Below are positions 40,430 through 49,828 of a stretch of DNA of 64,000 bases, piece by piece. Origin of the DNA: Gemmatales bacterium (GTDB lineage: Bacteria; Planctomycetota; Planctomycetia; Gemmatales; HRBIN36); contig JBEPZY010000004.1 in assembly GCA_041640595.1 (NCBI GenBank), forward strand, positions 1 through 64,000. The letters run 5' to 3'. A model generated the notes under the pieces. That model had not been told where the DNA came from. It saw only the letters and a list, made by a program, of their open reading frames with translations, and made no database searches. A program made the translations under genes and the position numbers. Every line of letters begins with the position of its first letter. Position 1 is the first letter of the stretch.

Positions 40430-41502
40430 GTGTTTGCCACCGCTTGATTGGTCACGCGCCCCTGATAAACATTAACTCCGTAGCGCAAAGCATCGCTCTC
40501 GCGCACGGCTTTCTCCAGGCCTTTATTGGCCAGTTGCAGTACATAAGGCAATGTTACATTGCATAAGGCATAACTGCTGGTGCGACCCACGGCGCCGGGC
40601 ATATTGGTGACGCAGTAATGAACAATCTCGTCCACGATATAGATCGGCTGGCTATGCGTGGTCGGTCGGGAAGTTTCGGTGCATCCTCCCTGATCGATGG
40701 CCACGTCCACAATCACGGCTCCCGGTTTCATCAACTTCAGGTCCTGCTGTTTGATAAGAACCGGGGCACGCGCTCCAGGAATTAGTACCGCTCCAATCAC
40801 CAGATCGGCCAGGGGGAGAGTTTCCAGTAACGTATGGCGATCGCTATAGAGAGTGGTTACGTTTTTTGGCATTACATCGTCTAGATAGCGGAGACGGTCT
40901 AAATTAATGTCGAGAATGGTAACATTAGCTCCTAAGCCAGCGGCTACCTTAGCAGCGTTAGCTCCGACTACACCACCGCCTAAGATGAGAACATGGGCCG
41001 GCAAAACACCAGGCACGCCACCTAATAAAATGCCGCGCCCATCATAGGGTCTTTCTAAGTATTTGGCCCCCTCCTGAATACTCATCCGTCCTGCCACTTC
41101 GCTCATGGGTGTCAGTAACGGCAGCCGACCTTGCTTATCCTGGATGGTTTCATAAGCAATGGCCGTAATACCTGCCCGGAGCATAGCCTCTAATAAAGCG
41201 AAATCTGCAGCGAAATGGAAATAACAAAAGACCATCTGTCCCGCTTGCAAGAGGGGCCATTCCGAGGGCAAAGGCTCCTTGACTTTAACCACGAGTTCGG
41301 CACGGCGATAGATTTCCGCTGCCGATTCGACAATCTCCGCGCCGTGCTGGGCATACTGAGCGTCAGTAATGCCGGAACCGAGTCCTGCTCCGGACTGAAC
41401 AAGCACACGGTGCCCTGCACGCACTAACTCCTCCACTCCCACAGGCAACATCGCCACGCGATATTCGTCGGTCTTAATCTCTTTAGGCACGCCGACGATC
41501 AT
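40396..41502 (-). CDS. ald: Alanine dehydrogenase
   Basis: [40 protein letters not shown]. Confidence 0.97.
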   Translation of the reverse strand: MIVGVPKEIKTDEYRVAMLPVGVEELVRAGHRVLVQSGAGLGSGITDAQYAQHGAEIVESAAEIYRRAELVVKVKEPLPSEWPLLQAGQMVFCYFHFAADFALLEAMLRAGITAIAYETIQDKQGRLPLLTPMSEVAGRMSIQEGAKYLERPYDGRGILLGGVPGVLPAHVLILGGGVVGANAAKVAAGLGANVTILDINLDRLRYLDDVMPKNVTTLYSDRHTLLETLPLADLVIGAVLIPGARAPVLIKQQDLKLMKPGAVIVDVAIDQGGCTETSRPTTHSQPIYIVDEIVHYCVTNMPGAVGRTSSYALCNVTLPYVLQLANKGLEKAVRESDALRYGVNVYQGRVTNQAVANTYGIEFAPLPF

Positions 41503-41535
41503 GGGCAGTGCTCCTTATCTCCAGTCCACCCACCC

Positions 41536-42891
41536 CTAGCGTTCCGTGGCCGGAATATGCACGACAGTTAGTGCGCAGATGTTGAAAGTGTACCGTGACT
41601 GGGGCGGCTGAGCACCGGGAGTACCCGCGTAATAACCGTTCCAGGTTATATAGACCTTATCACCTTCCGGTGAAATCGAGATGCCATAAGTGCCCATAGG
41701 AATATATCCGTACTTGTTCCAGCAGAAAGGATGCAGGAAAGCAATGACCTTGCGTGTACCGGTTTTCAAGTCGTATTGCACCAGGGGAGACCCGTCGCGT
41801 TCGGCGCCACCGTGAGCGCCGGCCACGAAATACAGGTAGCGCCAGGTTTTCGGGTCAATGGCAAGGGAAGTAATATAGTCCGCCTGGCCTATGACCAGTT
41901 TACCGAGCGGCCGGGATGTTTCTTTGCGTGTGTCGAATTCCCAGAACTCACCCGTATCGGTGGTGTAAACTTTGCCGTCGGGTGTTTCTTCGCTGGCGGC
42001 GCGTAAACCTAATTCCGCATGGACGGGTACTGGTCGGCCAGGCTTGGCCGGATCGAAACAAACTAAGCCGGTGCGTCGGCCAGCTTTATAGGGGCCAGGA
42101 TGAAAATAAACCTTGCCCGTGGATCGCGCAAGGATTAGAGCACGACCGGGTCCCGCTTCGTCGCTATAAAGTACCTGGCGACGTCCAACGTCGTAAACCA
42201 GGAACATCACCCGTGGATTGCTGCGGTCACCGTCCGCAGTACCAGCGTAATAAAGGAGGCGGTCGGGATCAAGCAAACCGGTTGGCAAGCACTGGTTTGC
42301 TAAAGGAGCGTGAGCGACAATTTCGGCCTTTTCCGTTTGCGGGTGGTAGCGGATAATCCAGTCGCCCTTGTAATGATATTGCGGTGTGGTCACATTGGTC
42401 GGGCCGCGGTGAGTCGAGAAATAGATCCAGCCATCCTTGCCCGCGGTCAGATGGGAGTGGATTTTGCCTGGCGTATAATGACCCGGAGGCAGGTTCAGCA
42501 GACGGCGAACGTCCACGACAATGCGGAAGGATTGGTCGCGGCTGTTGTAAGCAAAGACGCGAGCAGTGCCTTCCGGCCCCTTATGGTCGCCGATCGCCGA
42601 GTAATAAACGTCGCCGACGACACAGCCCTGACCCCAATTCGACCAGGGATTGCCTGGGTAATCCTGGCCGGGATAGTAAGCGAAATCCACGCGGGGTGGT
42701 GTGCGGGCAACGCGAACATCTGCGGGCAAAGCGATGCTCGAGCGGAGCAACTGACCGTCGCTATCACTGACGAGGCTACGGTCGCCCGGCAAGCGTGGCG
42801 GAAAGAGACTGGCATCCACCTTGCGTTGAGCCGGGGCCAGCGACACCAGAGCCATAACCATTACCGACAGGGCCAGTGCGGGACGCAGCAT
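41536..42891 (-). CDS. Secreted hypothetical protein, probable beta-propeller
   Basis: Signal peptide; repeated strands such as GWIYFST, YLYFV and KVYIT. Confidence 0.7.
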   Translation of the reverse strand: MLRPALALSVMVMALVSLAPAQRKVDASLFPPRLPGDRSLVSDSDGQLLRSSIALPADVRVARTPPRVDFAYYPGQDYPGNPWSNWGQGCVVGDVYYSAIGDHKGPEGTARVFAYNSRDQSFRIVVDVRRLLNLPPGHYTPGKIHSHLTAGKDGWIYFSTHRGPTNVTTPQYHYKGDWIIRYHPQTEKAEIVAHAPLANQCLPTGLLDPDRLLYYAGTADGDRSNPRVMFLVYDVGRRQVLYSDEAGPGRALILARSTGKVYFHPGPYKAGRRTGLVCFDPAKPGRPVPVHAELGLRAASEETPDGKVYTTDTGEFWEFDTRKETSRPLGKLVIGQADYITSLAIDPKTWRYLYFVAGAHGGAERDGSPLVQYDLKTGTRKVIAFLHPFCWNKYGYIPMGTYGISISPEGDKVYITWNGYYAGTPGAQPPQSRYTFNICALTVVHIPATER

Positions 42892-43017
42892 AGGCAGGCT
42901 CCTTGTGAGTGAATCAGGGGCGGGGTTGTGCCGAGCCGATGCCATTATTAGAATGCGCAACTTGTCGGTCGTCCAGCGTTATACTGACGGAGTCGCCGGA
43001 ACGAGAGAGGGCAAACT

Positions 43018-45255
43018 ATGAAGCATTATCCTGCCGCGATGCTGATGCTGGTGGCCGGGTTACTGGGCCTGGCCGGAACCTGGGTAAGTTCGCAAGACGA
43101 ACCGGCCGAGCCCGATCCGACGGCCTTTTTGCTGCCGGACGGTTTTGCTGGCGAAAATGGCCAGGTTCCGGAAGGTGCTAAGCCGGTTTTGCGTGGTCCG
43201 GTGCACGAAGCGTTTGCGCAACCCTCCCGGGTCAAGCCCCAGCCAGGACCGATTGTTCCCAAGGAACCGCCAAAACCTATCGAGGAGATTCCGCCCGATC
43301 AGAAACCAGCGGGCGAGAACGTGCAGTGGATTCCCGGCTACTGGTTCTGGGATGAGGAGAAGCAGGAGTTCTTATGGGTAAGCGGCATCTGGCGGGCCAT
43401 TCCGCCCGGTATGGAATGGGTACCGGGAACCTGGATCCGCGTCGAAACCGGCTGGCAGTGGATACCCGGCTACTGGAAACCTGTCGCCCAGAGGGAAGTC
43501 GAGGTCGTTCCTGAACCGCCCGAACCGCCACCGCTGGCCGAGCCTCCTCCGCCTCCCGGTCCCGATTACTTTTACGTACCGGGCAACTGGGTTTATGTCG
43601 GCTACCGCTGGTACTGGCGGCCGGGAGTCTGGGTGGCTTATCGTCCCGGTTGGGTTTGGGTTCCCGCTTGCTATTACTGGACGCCTTACGGTTACATTTT
43701 CGTGGACGGCTACTGGGATTATCCGCTGCGGTATCGCGGTTGGCTGTTTTGCCCGATCTGGGTAGATTTCGCGGTGTGCTACCGTCCGGGCTGGTTCTGG
43801 CGGCCCTGCTACTGGGTACCGGAACCGTGCCTGGTCTCGTTTATGTTCGTGCACACCCGGCGGTTCTGCTTTTTCTTCGGGGATTATTACGACCCGTTTT
43901 ATGCCCGAAGCGGGGTGATTTCGATCTACTACTACCGCGTGCATCGGCATTGTTACGACCCGCTGGTGAGCTATTACGCCTTCGATTACGGCCGGCGCGA
44001 TCCGAACTGGCTCGCACAACAGCGAACCCTGGTGCAGGCACGCATGCAGGGCACAGCGCCGCGGCCTCCTCGCACCATGGAAGAACAGCGAAAGCTCCTG
44101 GCCAGCGCTGCCGGCGATCCCGAACGCCAGGCGAAATTGCGACAACTGGTCGTCGCTGGCTCCGTCAATCGTGTCAACCCCAAAACCGTCTCTGTGCAGA
44201 AACTCGACGACAAACAGCTGGCCACTCTCCGCAAATCCATCGAGGAAACACGCCAGGTGCAAATCCAGCGGGCAGCGCTGGAACGCAAGCTCGCCGAAAC
44301 CAAACCCGTAGCGGGCAAACCACCGGCCAGGATTCAGCCTGTCGCGGTCAAATCCACCGCTGAGATAAAGGTAAGCAAACCGCCACCCCCACCGCCTGTA
44401 GCTGCGAAGGAAACGCTCAAGCCCCCGACCACGACTGTCACCCCACCGAAAGAGCCGGCGAAACCCGGTACCGAGAAACCGGCGGCAGATAAGCCACCTC
44501 AGCCGGGCAAAACCAGCGAAGGCATCAAACCGACCCGGCCAAGCGACGAGAAAACCAAGCCTGCTCCCTCCAAACCGGAAAGCCCATCGAAGAAACCAAC
44601 CGGAAGCGGCCAACCGGCACCGTCTCCGCGACCCAGCGACAAACCCGTTTCGCCGAGCAAGTCCCCTGAAAAGTCGCCGCCCGGCAAACCCAGCGCGACA
44701 CCGGGGCCGGGTTCGACGGTAGAGCGGCAACCCACTCCTGCACCAAAACCGCCTTCGTCTCCTTCACCGTCGCCACAACCCGCTCCTGCACCGCCGCCCA
44801 CAAACCGACTCGGCTCGGGTTCTTCGACGCCTTCAGCACCGCCGATTCGCGCTCCTGAACCGCGACCATCTCCGGCACGTCCCAGCGGTCCGCCCGAACG
44901 CAGCGCTCCGCCGGGTTCCCGACCGGAACGCTCTGGGCGACCGGAATCGGCCATTCCCACTCCGCCAACGCGCGACACGGTCATAGTCCCGGCACCGCCG
45001 TCTGCTAATGCGAACGTCTCGCGCGCCGGCATCGTATCACCATCACAAGACCCGCAACGCAGCGTACCGGTTCGCAGCATCTCTTCGGGCGATTTCGTGA
45101 GCCCACCGTCGGATGGCAGGCCTAGGTCGATCGTGCCCGACCGGATCGTGCCCCCGGCAACCACTTCACGCACCGTAGCTCCAAATCTTCCCCGCGTTGT
45201 TCCCGGCACCGAACGCGGTTCGCCGCCTCCCAGTCGCAGCCCCCGCAGGGATTAG
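43018..45255 (+). CDS. Secreted YXWGXW-repeat protein with long Pro/Ser/Lys-rich tail
   Basis: Repeated WIPGYW, WVPGTW, YVPGNW and VDGYW motifs. Confidence 0.85.
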   Translation: MKHYPAAMLMLVAGLLGLAGTWVSSQDEPAEPDPTAFLLPDGFAGENGQVPEGAKPVLRGPVHEAFAQPSRVKPQPGPIVPKEPPKPIEEIPPDQKPAGENVQWIPGYWFWDEEKQEFLWVSGIWRAIPPGMEWVPGTWIRVETGWQWIPGYWKPVAQREVEVVPEPPEPPPLAEPPPPPGPDYFYVPGNWVYVGYRWYWRPGVWVAYRPGWVWVPACYYWTPYGYIFVDGYWDYPLRYRGWLFCPIWVDFAVCYRPGWFWRPCYWVPEPCLVSFMFVHTRRFCFFFGDYYDPFYARSGVISIYYYRVHRHCYDPLVSYYAFDYGRRDPNWLAQQRTLVQARMQGTAPRPPRTMEEQRKLLASAAGDPERQAKLRQLVVAGSVNRVNPKTVSVQKLDDKQLATLRKSIEETRQVQIQRAALERKLAETKPVAGKPPARIQPVAVKSTAEIKVSKPPPPPPVAAKETLKPPTTTVTPPKEPAKPGTEKPAADKPPQPGKTSEGIKPTRPSDEKTKPAPSKPESPSKKPTGSGQPAPSPRPSDKPVSPSKSPEKSPPGKPSATPGPGSTVERQPTPAPKPPSSPSPSPQPAPAPPPTNRLGSGSSTPSAPPIRAPEPRPSPARPSGPPERSAPPGSRPERSGRPESAIPTPPTRDTVIVPAPPSANANVSRAGIVSPSQDPQRSVPVRSISSGDFVSPPSDGRPRSIVPDRIVPPATTSRTVAPNLPRVVPGTERGSPPPSRSPRRD

Positions 45256-45591
45256 AAGACGCCGAGGTGCCTTCGATTCGACAATCAGACCGATGGCACC
45301 GGCTGCTAGTTGATTTCGCTTGGCAGGATTGACAGCACCGCTACCGACCTTCCATAGCGTGCAACCTTTGTGGTCGCCGGCGATGATTTTCGTGCATGCC
45401 GACCGTGGTGGGCTGATGGCAATCTGCGGCAGTACGGCAACGGTAACGCCTGGGCTAAGCTGGCGGAAACACGCAAGGGTTAGCCGCCATGCAAATGCTC
45501 CGTCCAGCTCAACTCGGTGTAATCATCGTGCCGGGAATACGTGGCAGATGCCGAAAAAGTATTCGCTTGCTTACCCGAAATCGGCGTAATT

Positions 45592-45705
45592 ATCGTGCTG
45601 CGAATACCCGGTTAGCCGATGTGCAAATGCGGCGTGCAACACCTAATTGTAGTGGAAGAACGCCACATCGTGCTGCGAATACCCGGTTAGCCGATACGCA
45701 AATGC
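45592..45705. repeat. 39-bp direct repeat, 2 copies, 75-bp period (partial third copy near 45478)
   Basis: atcgtgctgcgaatacccggttagccgatRYgcaaatgc at 45592 and 45667. Confidence 0.85.
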
Positions 45706-45758
45706 CCCGTCCAGCCCACGGGGAATGTTCCCGGGTCAACCAATGCGGAAATGCTCGC

Positions 45759-45951
45759 GGGCAGGCACAGGGGACTGCCCCTACCGGTTGCGTGGCACCG
45801 CATTGTACTGGCCGATGGCCGACCATAGACCCGGCGGCGCAGGGGACTGCCCCTACCGAGTCCGTTGCACCAACGTCGGTCCATCTGAAGACGGCATGCA
45901 CAGGGCCTGCCCGCACTCATACGGGGGCAAGCACAGGGGCTTGCCCCTACC
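45759..45951 (-). repeat. GTAG-type REP elements, 3 copies
   Basis: Minus-strand GGTAGGGGCA(GT/AG)CCCCTG(T/C)GC; + strand ends at 45785, 45857 and 45951. Confidence 0.75.
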
Positions 45952-46044
45952 GATTCGGCTGCACTAATTCTGTTGCACGAATGGCGGTCGTTTTCACAAC
46001 GCTGCTAGCAACTCCGCGCCGACTATCCGGCATCGCGTGTTTTG

Positions 46045-46494
46045 TTACAGGTTCATGTCGATGGTGGCCATCGTGAGGTGGTGGAATAACAGTTCTTTCG
46101 TTTCAAAGAAGAAATAGACCAAGCCTGTGGACTCGTTTATCAGGTCCCAGTCGGGCATGACGATGTCCAGGACCCCGGCGACAAGTTCCATCTCTGGCTG
46201 GCACTGGCACGGGTCCGTCTCTACATCTATCCAGACGTTTTTTTCCGACTTGTGGCCGTTGGTGTCGTTATCGCAGACCTGGTATTGCAGGCAATCGGCA
46301 CACTTGAAACCGTGGCGTGCCTCGTAGTTCATCATCATCACTTTCGGATTCCTCAGCTCGGGTCGAAAGCTGGGCAGACGGGCGATGTACCGATCCTTGA
46401 TTTGCTCGATCTTGGCCTTCTGCTCCTCGGTCAGTTGACCGGATTTGGCAACCAGCTGGCAATAGGTTTCCCAGGCGTCGCTGATTTGGGACAT
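46045..46494 (-). CDS. Hypothetical Cys-containing protein
   Basis: Strong RBS AAGGAGGT; 149 aa with CADC and CQC; no family recognised. Confidence 0.75.
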   Translation of the reverse strand: MSQISDAWETYCQLVAKSGQLTEEQKAKIEQIKDRYIARLPSFRPELRNPKVMMMNYEARHGFKCADCLQYQVCDNDTNGHKSEKNVWIDVETDPCQCQPEMELVAGVLDIVMPDWDLINESTGLVYFFFETKELLFHHLTMATIDMNL

Positions 46495-47044
46495 TGCCTA
46501 CCTCCTTTGATACCGGGACTGGGGTCGCGACAACGGCGGTGGACTCCAGGCGTTTCCCTTCAAATCACACTCAAGCCAGACAAATGGACAGAGAAAATAA
46601 ATCGCAATCCGGTACGGCCAACGACCAGTTAATTCCCCCGCAGAATGTTAGACCAACACTTCTTGCGCTTCAAAGTTTCGTGGATGCCAGCAAAGCGAGA
46701 GTTCGTCTTGCAGGCTAACGCAAACGAATTGTACTCATCTGCCGACACCGGTCAAGCGTCGGTCGCAACAATAACGTCCGGCATCCACTGATAACGATTC
46801 CGAGCCGATGCACCCCGCAGCGTCGGTCGCGGCAATTGCGTTCCACTGCGCATCAGAGAGCGTCGGGCGGGATGTTTCGCTCGACCGAGTATGGCATCGA
46901 GCACCGCCGGGACTGCCGACTAGGCGAGCGGCACGTCAGTATCCCGGCAAGTGCTGTCTATTGGCGCCGGCAGAGGATGGCGGGGTGCTGGAATGTGAAG
47001 TACCGCGTGAGTATCGCGGCAAAGACGGCCCATCGGCTTCCGTG

Positions 47045-48994
47045 TCAGCTTTCGTCGCCGTTGCGGACACGGATGCGGATGCCGGTGGTGATGGGCGGAG
47101 TGAAATCGGGCAGAATCTGGTTGCCGACACTGTCGCGGATACTGCTCTGGACGGTATTCCGCGGTCGGGCCAGCGGCGTGAGGATATTGATGCCGTCAAT
47201 ATCCTGGTCCTCTTCCTGCACGACGTAACGGAAGACCAGTTGATTGGTACCGCTGCCGGAAACATATTCCGCCTTACGAACACGTCCACCGATCAACAGC
47301 CGCAGGAAGGGCTTGTGGCCGTTCGTGAAATTGACGAATACGGGCTTGCTGAACCGCACGGTGAAGTTGAGTTCCTGATCTTTGGTATAATTGCCATTTT
47401 GCGGCACCTGAATTTCCTCAATCCGTGGCAGAACGGCATCTACTTTGATGCCCGCGGTAGCAGGTGGGGTGAAACTCAGGTCAGCGTCGTTCCCAGCGGC
47501 GTCGCGGATGGTCGCACCGTTGAGCATAATGACGTTCAGCACCTCGATGCCGTCATTATCCACCTCCCCAGGCTGTAATCGGTAGCCGAAGACCAGATAG
47601 TTACCGCCGCTGCCCCACAAATACTGGGCTTCACGCAATTGATTGCCGACGCGAATGAGTAAACTCGGCGTGCCACCGGAGACATTCACCGGCTGGTCGA
47701 AGAAGATGCGGAAATCCAGCCGTTTATTGGCGGGATAAGTACCATCCGCTGGTTTGCCGACATTGTTGATGTTTGGAGCCACACCGTCCACCTGGACGCC
47801 CGGCATCGGCCAGACCGTGAAATTCAGGTCGGCGTCATTCCCCGCGTTATCCTTGATGGTCCCGCCGTTCAGTTGAATGGGTGAAGCCACGGTAATGCCA
47901 TCGGTGTCGAGATGGCCTGCTTGCACGGTATAGCGGAAGGTCAACGTCGCGGTCCCACTACCGGTCAGGTACGTGGCATAAACGGTGGTGCTACCCACGG
48001 TCAGCTGCACCCGCGGCGTTCCGGTGGCGGTGTTAACAACCACCGGCTCACTGAAAGTGAACTGGAAATCCAGATTGTCGCCGGTCTTGTATGTGCCGTT
48101 GGCCGGTGGCGTAATGCTGACAATTGTCGGCACAATGCCGTCCACCAGAATGCCTCCGGTGGGTGGCGAAGTAAACGCCGTCGCCGCATCATTCCCAGCG
48201 GCGTCGCGTATGGTCGCACCGTTCAAATCAATGCCGCCCACCAGGCCGATGCCGTTGGTGTCATTGTCGCCTGCCTGCACGGTGTAACTGAACGTCAGGG
48301 TATTCGAGCCGCTACCGCTCACGTAATTGGCAAACCGGGTCGTGCCGCCTATGTCCAGCGTCAATCTCGGTGTACCGCCGCTGACCAGAACATTTTCCGA
48401 GTACGTTATCGTGAAATTGAGCGTGGCTCCAATGCCATAGGTACCGTTACTTGGCACCGTAACGCTGGTGATGCTGGGCGGCACGCCGTCCACAACGGTG
48501 CCCGAAGTAGCGACAGCTGCAAAGGTCGGATCGAAGGTGCCTCCGCCGTCGGGAGTAATGGTGCCACCGTTCAGTTGAATGGGCGACACGAGGTTGATAG
48601 TACCATCGCTGTCCAGGTCACCGAGGCCGACGGTGTATTGAAATAACAGTGTGGTTACACCGGTTCCGGTTGGTCCGGCGTAAGGCACGTTGACTGTGCC
48701 GCTGTCGAGCTGAATCGTAAGGCTGGGAGTACCACTCGCGGTGTTGACGGTAACGTTCGAATCGGCACCAGTGAAACTGAGGTTTGCGGTGAAATTCAAC
48801 ACATCGCCCAGTTTGTATGTACCGGCCGGAGGCAAGGTCCAGCTCGTTATGGAAGCATCCGGCGTGGTGCGGGATTCCAGTGTTTCGATAAGCAATCGTG
48901 CGCGCCAGCTGGTCGGTGCGCGAGGACGATTGCGACGAGCTGCTGGCGCTACTTTGCCGACCAGTCGTCCTAACCACTTGTACCAGATGCTCAT
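47045..48994 (-). CDS. Extracellular Ig-like repeat protein with planctomycete LESR-type signal
   Basis: RLLIETLESRTTP followed by five ~118-aa repeats (GTY..G..LNF...GTP.L...YVSGSG...F.Y.VQ.GD.D.DGI). Confidence 0.85.
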   Translation of the reverse strand: MSIWYKWLGRLVGKVAPAARRNRPRAPTSWRARLLIETLESRTTPDASITSWTLPPAGTYKLGDVLNFTANLSFTGADSNVTVNTASGTPSLTIQLDSGTVNVPYAGPTGTGVTTLLFQYTVGLGDLDSDGTINLVSPIQLNGGTITPDGGGTFDPTFAAVATSGTVVDGVPPSITSVTVPSNGTYGIGATLNFTITYSENVLVSGGTPRLTLDIGGTTRFANYVSGSGSNTLTFSYTVQAGDNDTNGIGLVGGIDLNGATIRDAAGNDAATAFTSPPTGGILVDGIVPTIVSITPPANGTYKTGDNLDFQFTFSEPVVVNTATGTPRVQLTVGSTTVYATYLTGSGTATLTFRYTVQAGHLDTDGITVASPIQLNGGTIKDNAGNDADLNFTVWPMPGVQVDGVAPNINNVGKPADGTYPANKRLDFRIFFDQPVNVSGGTPSLLIRVGNQLREAQYLWGSGGNYLVFGYRLQPGEVDNDGIEVLNVIMLNGATIRDAAGNDADLSFTPPATAGIKVDAVLPRIEEIQVPQNGNYTKDQELNFTVRFSKPVFVNFTNGHKPFLRLLIGGRVRKAEYVSGSGTNQLVFRYVVQEEDQDIDGINILTPLARPRNTVQSSIRDSVGNQILPDFTPPITTGIRIRVRNGDES

Positions 48995-49191
48995 ACGGGG
49001 TCTCCTGGCTATCACTTGTCGAAGGTTTGCAGTTCATCCATATTAACACCGGCCGCATCGCTTATAGTTTCGCACCTTTGGTGGCATTAATCAAGGCAAA
49101 AAAGGAAACTTGTGACGTCGGCACAAGTAGCACAGATCGCGTGAACAGACCGTGATGCGTAATCTGGGTTTGAGAATCTTACCTGATTTGC

Positions 49192-49815
49192 CTACATTTT
49201 CAAACGGCCGCAGTATGCTTTATAAGCCCGCCAGACGTACTCGATCCCGCTGATGGCTGTTATGGCTACCGTGGCGTACAAAAGGGCGTCACGAGCCAGC
49301 CAGAAGGCTTTTTGCCAGTTTTCTGAAGGCTGCGGGTCAGCCGACCAGGCTAGCGACAGAAGTACGGCCAGCAGAGCCAGGGACTGTAAAACCATTTTTA
49401 CCTTGCCCAGAATGGCGGCACCGAAAGGGGTGCCCGTGTGTTCGAGAAAACTGCGCAAACTGGTGACAATAAGTTCCCGGCAAACGATGACGACAACCAT
49501 CCAAGCTGCCACGCCCGAATCAGGGACGGAAATTAGCAGAGTCAACGCTCCGCAAACCAGTACCTTATCGGCGAGCGGGTCGAGGTTGCGTCCCAGAGCG
49601 GTTCCGCTTTTGAGGCGGCGGGCCAGGAAGCCATCCAGCCAGTCGCTGAACGCAGCCAGTGCGAATAAGCTGGTGGCCAGCCAGAACCAGCCGGTCATAA
49701 TGCTGACAAAGACGGGAATACTCAACACGAACCTGAGCCCTGTCAACAGATTAGGCCAGTTCCAGACCACCGGTATGTTTCGGGGACTTTTGGTTTCGGT
49801 CGTTAGAGGGGCCAT
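49192..49815 (-). CDS. pgsA: CDP-diacylglycerol--glycerol-3-phosphate 3-phosphatidyltransferase
   Basis: NWPNLLTGLR, DWLDGFLAR...G..LDPLADK. Confidence 0.93.
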   Translation of the reverse strand: MAPLTTETKSPRNIPVVWNWPNLLTGLRFVLSIPVFVSIMTGWFWLATSLFALAAFSDWLDGFLARRLKSGTALGRNLDPLADKVLVCGALTLLISVPDSGVAAWMVVVIVCRELIVTSLRSFLEHTGTPFGAAILGKVKMVLQSLALLAVLLSLAWSADPQPSENWQKAFWLARDALLYATVAITAISGIEYVWRAYKAYCGRLKM

Positions 49816-49828
49816 ATGGATCGCCCAG

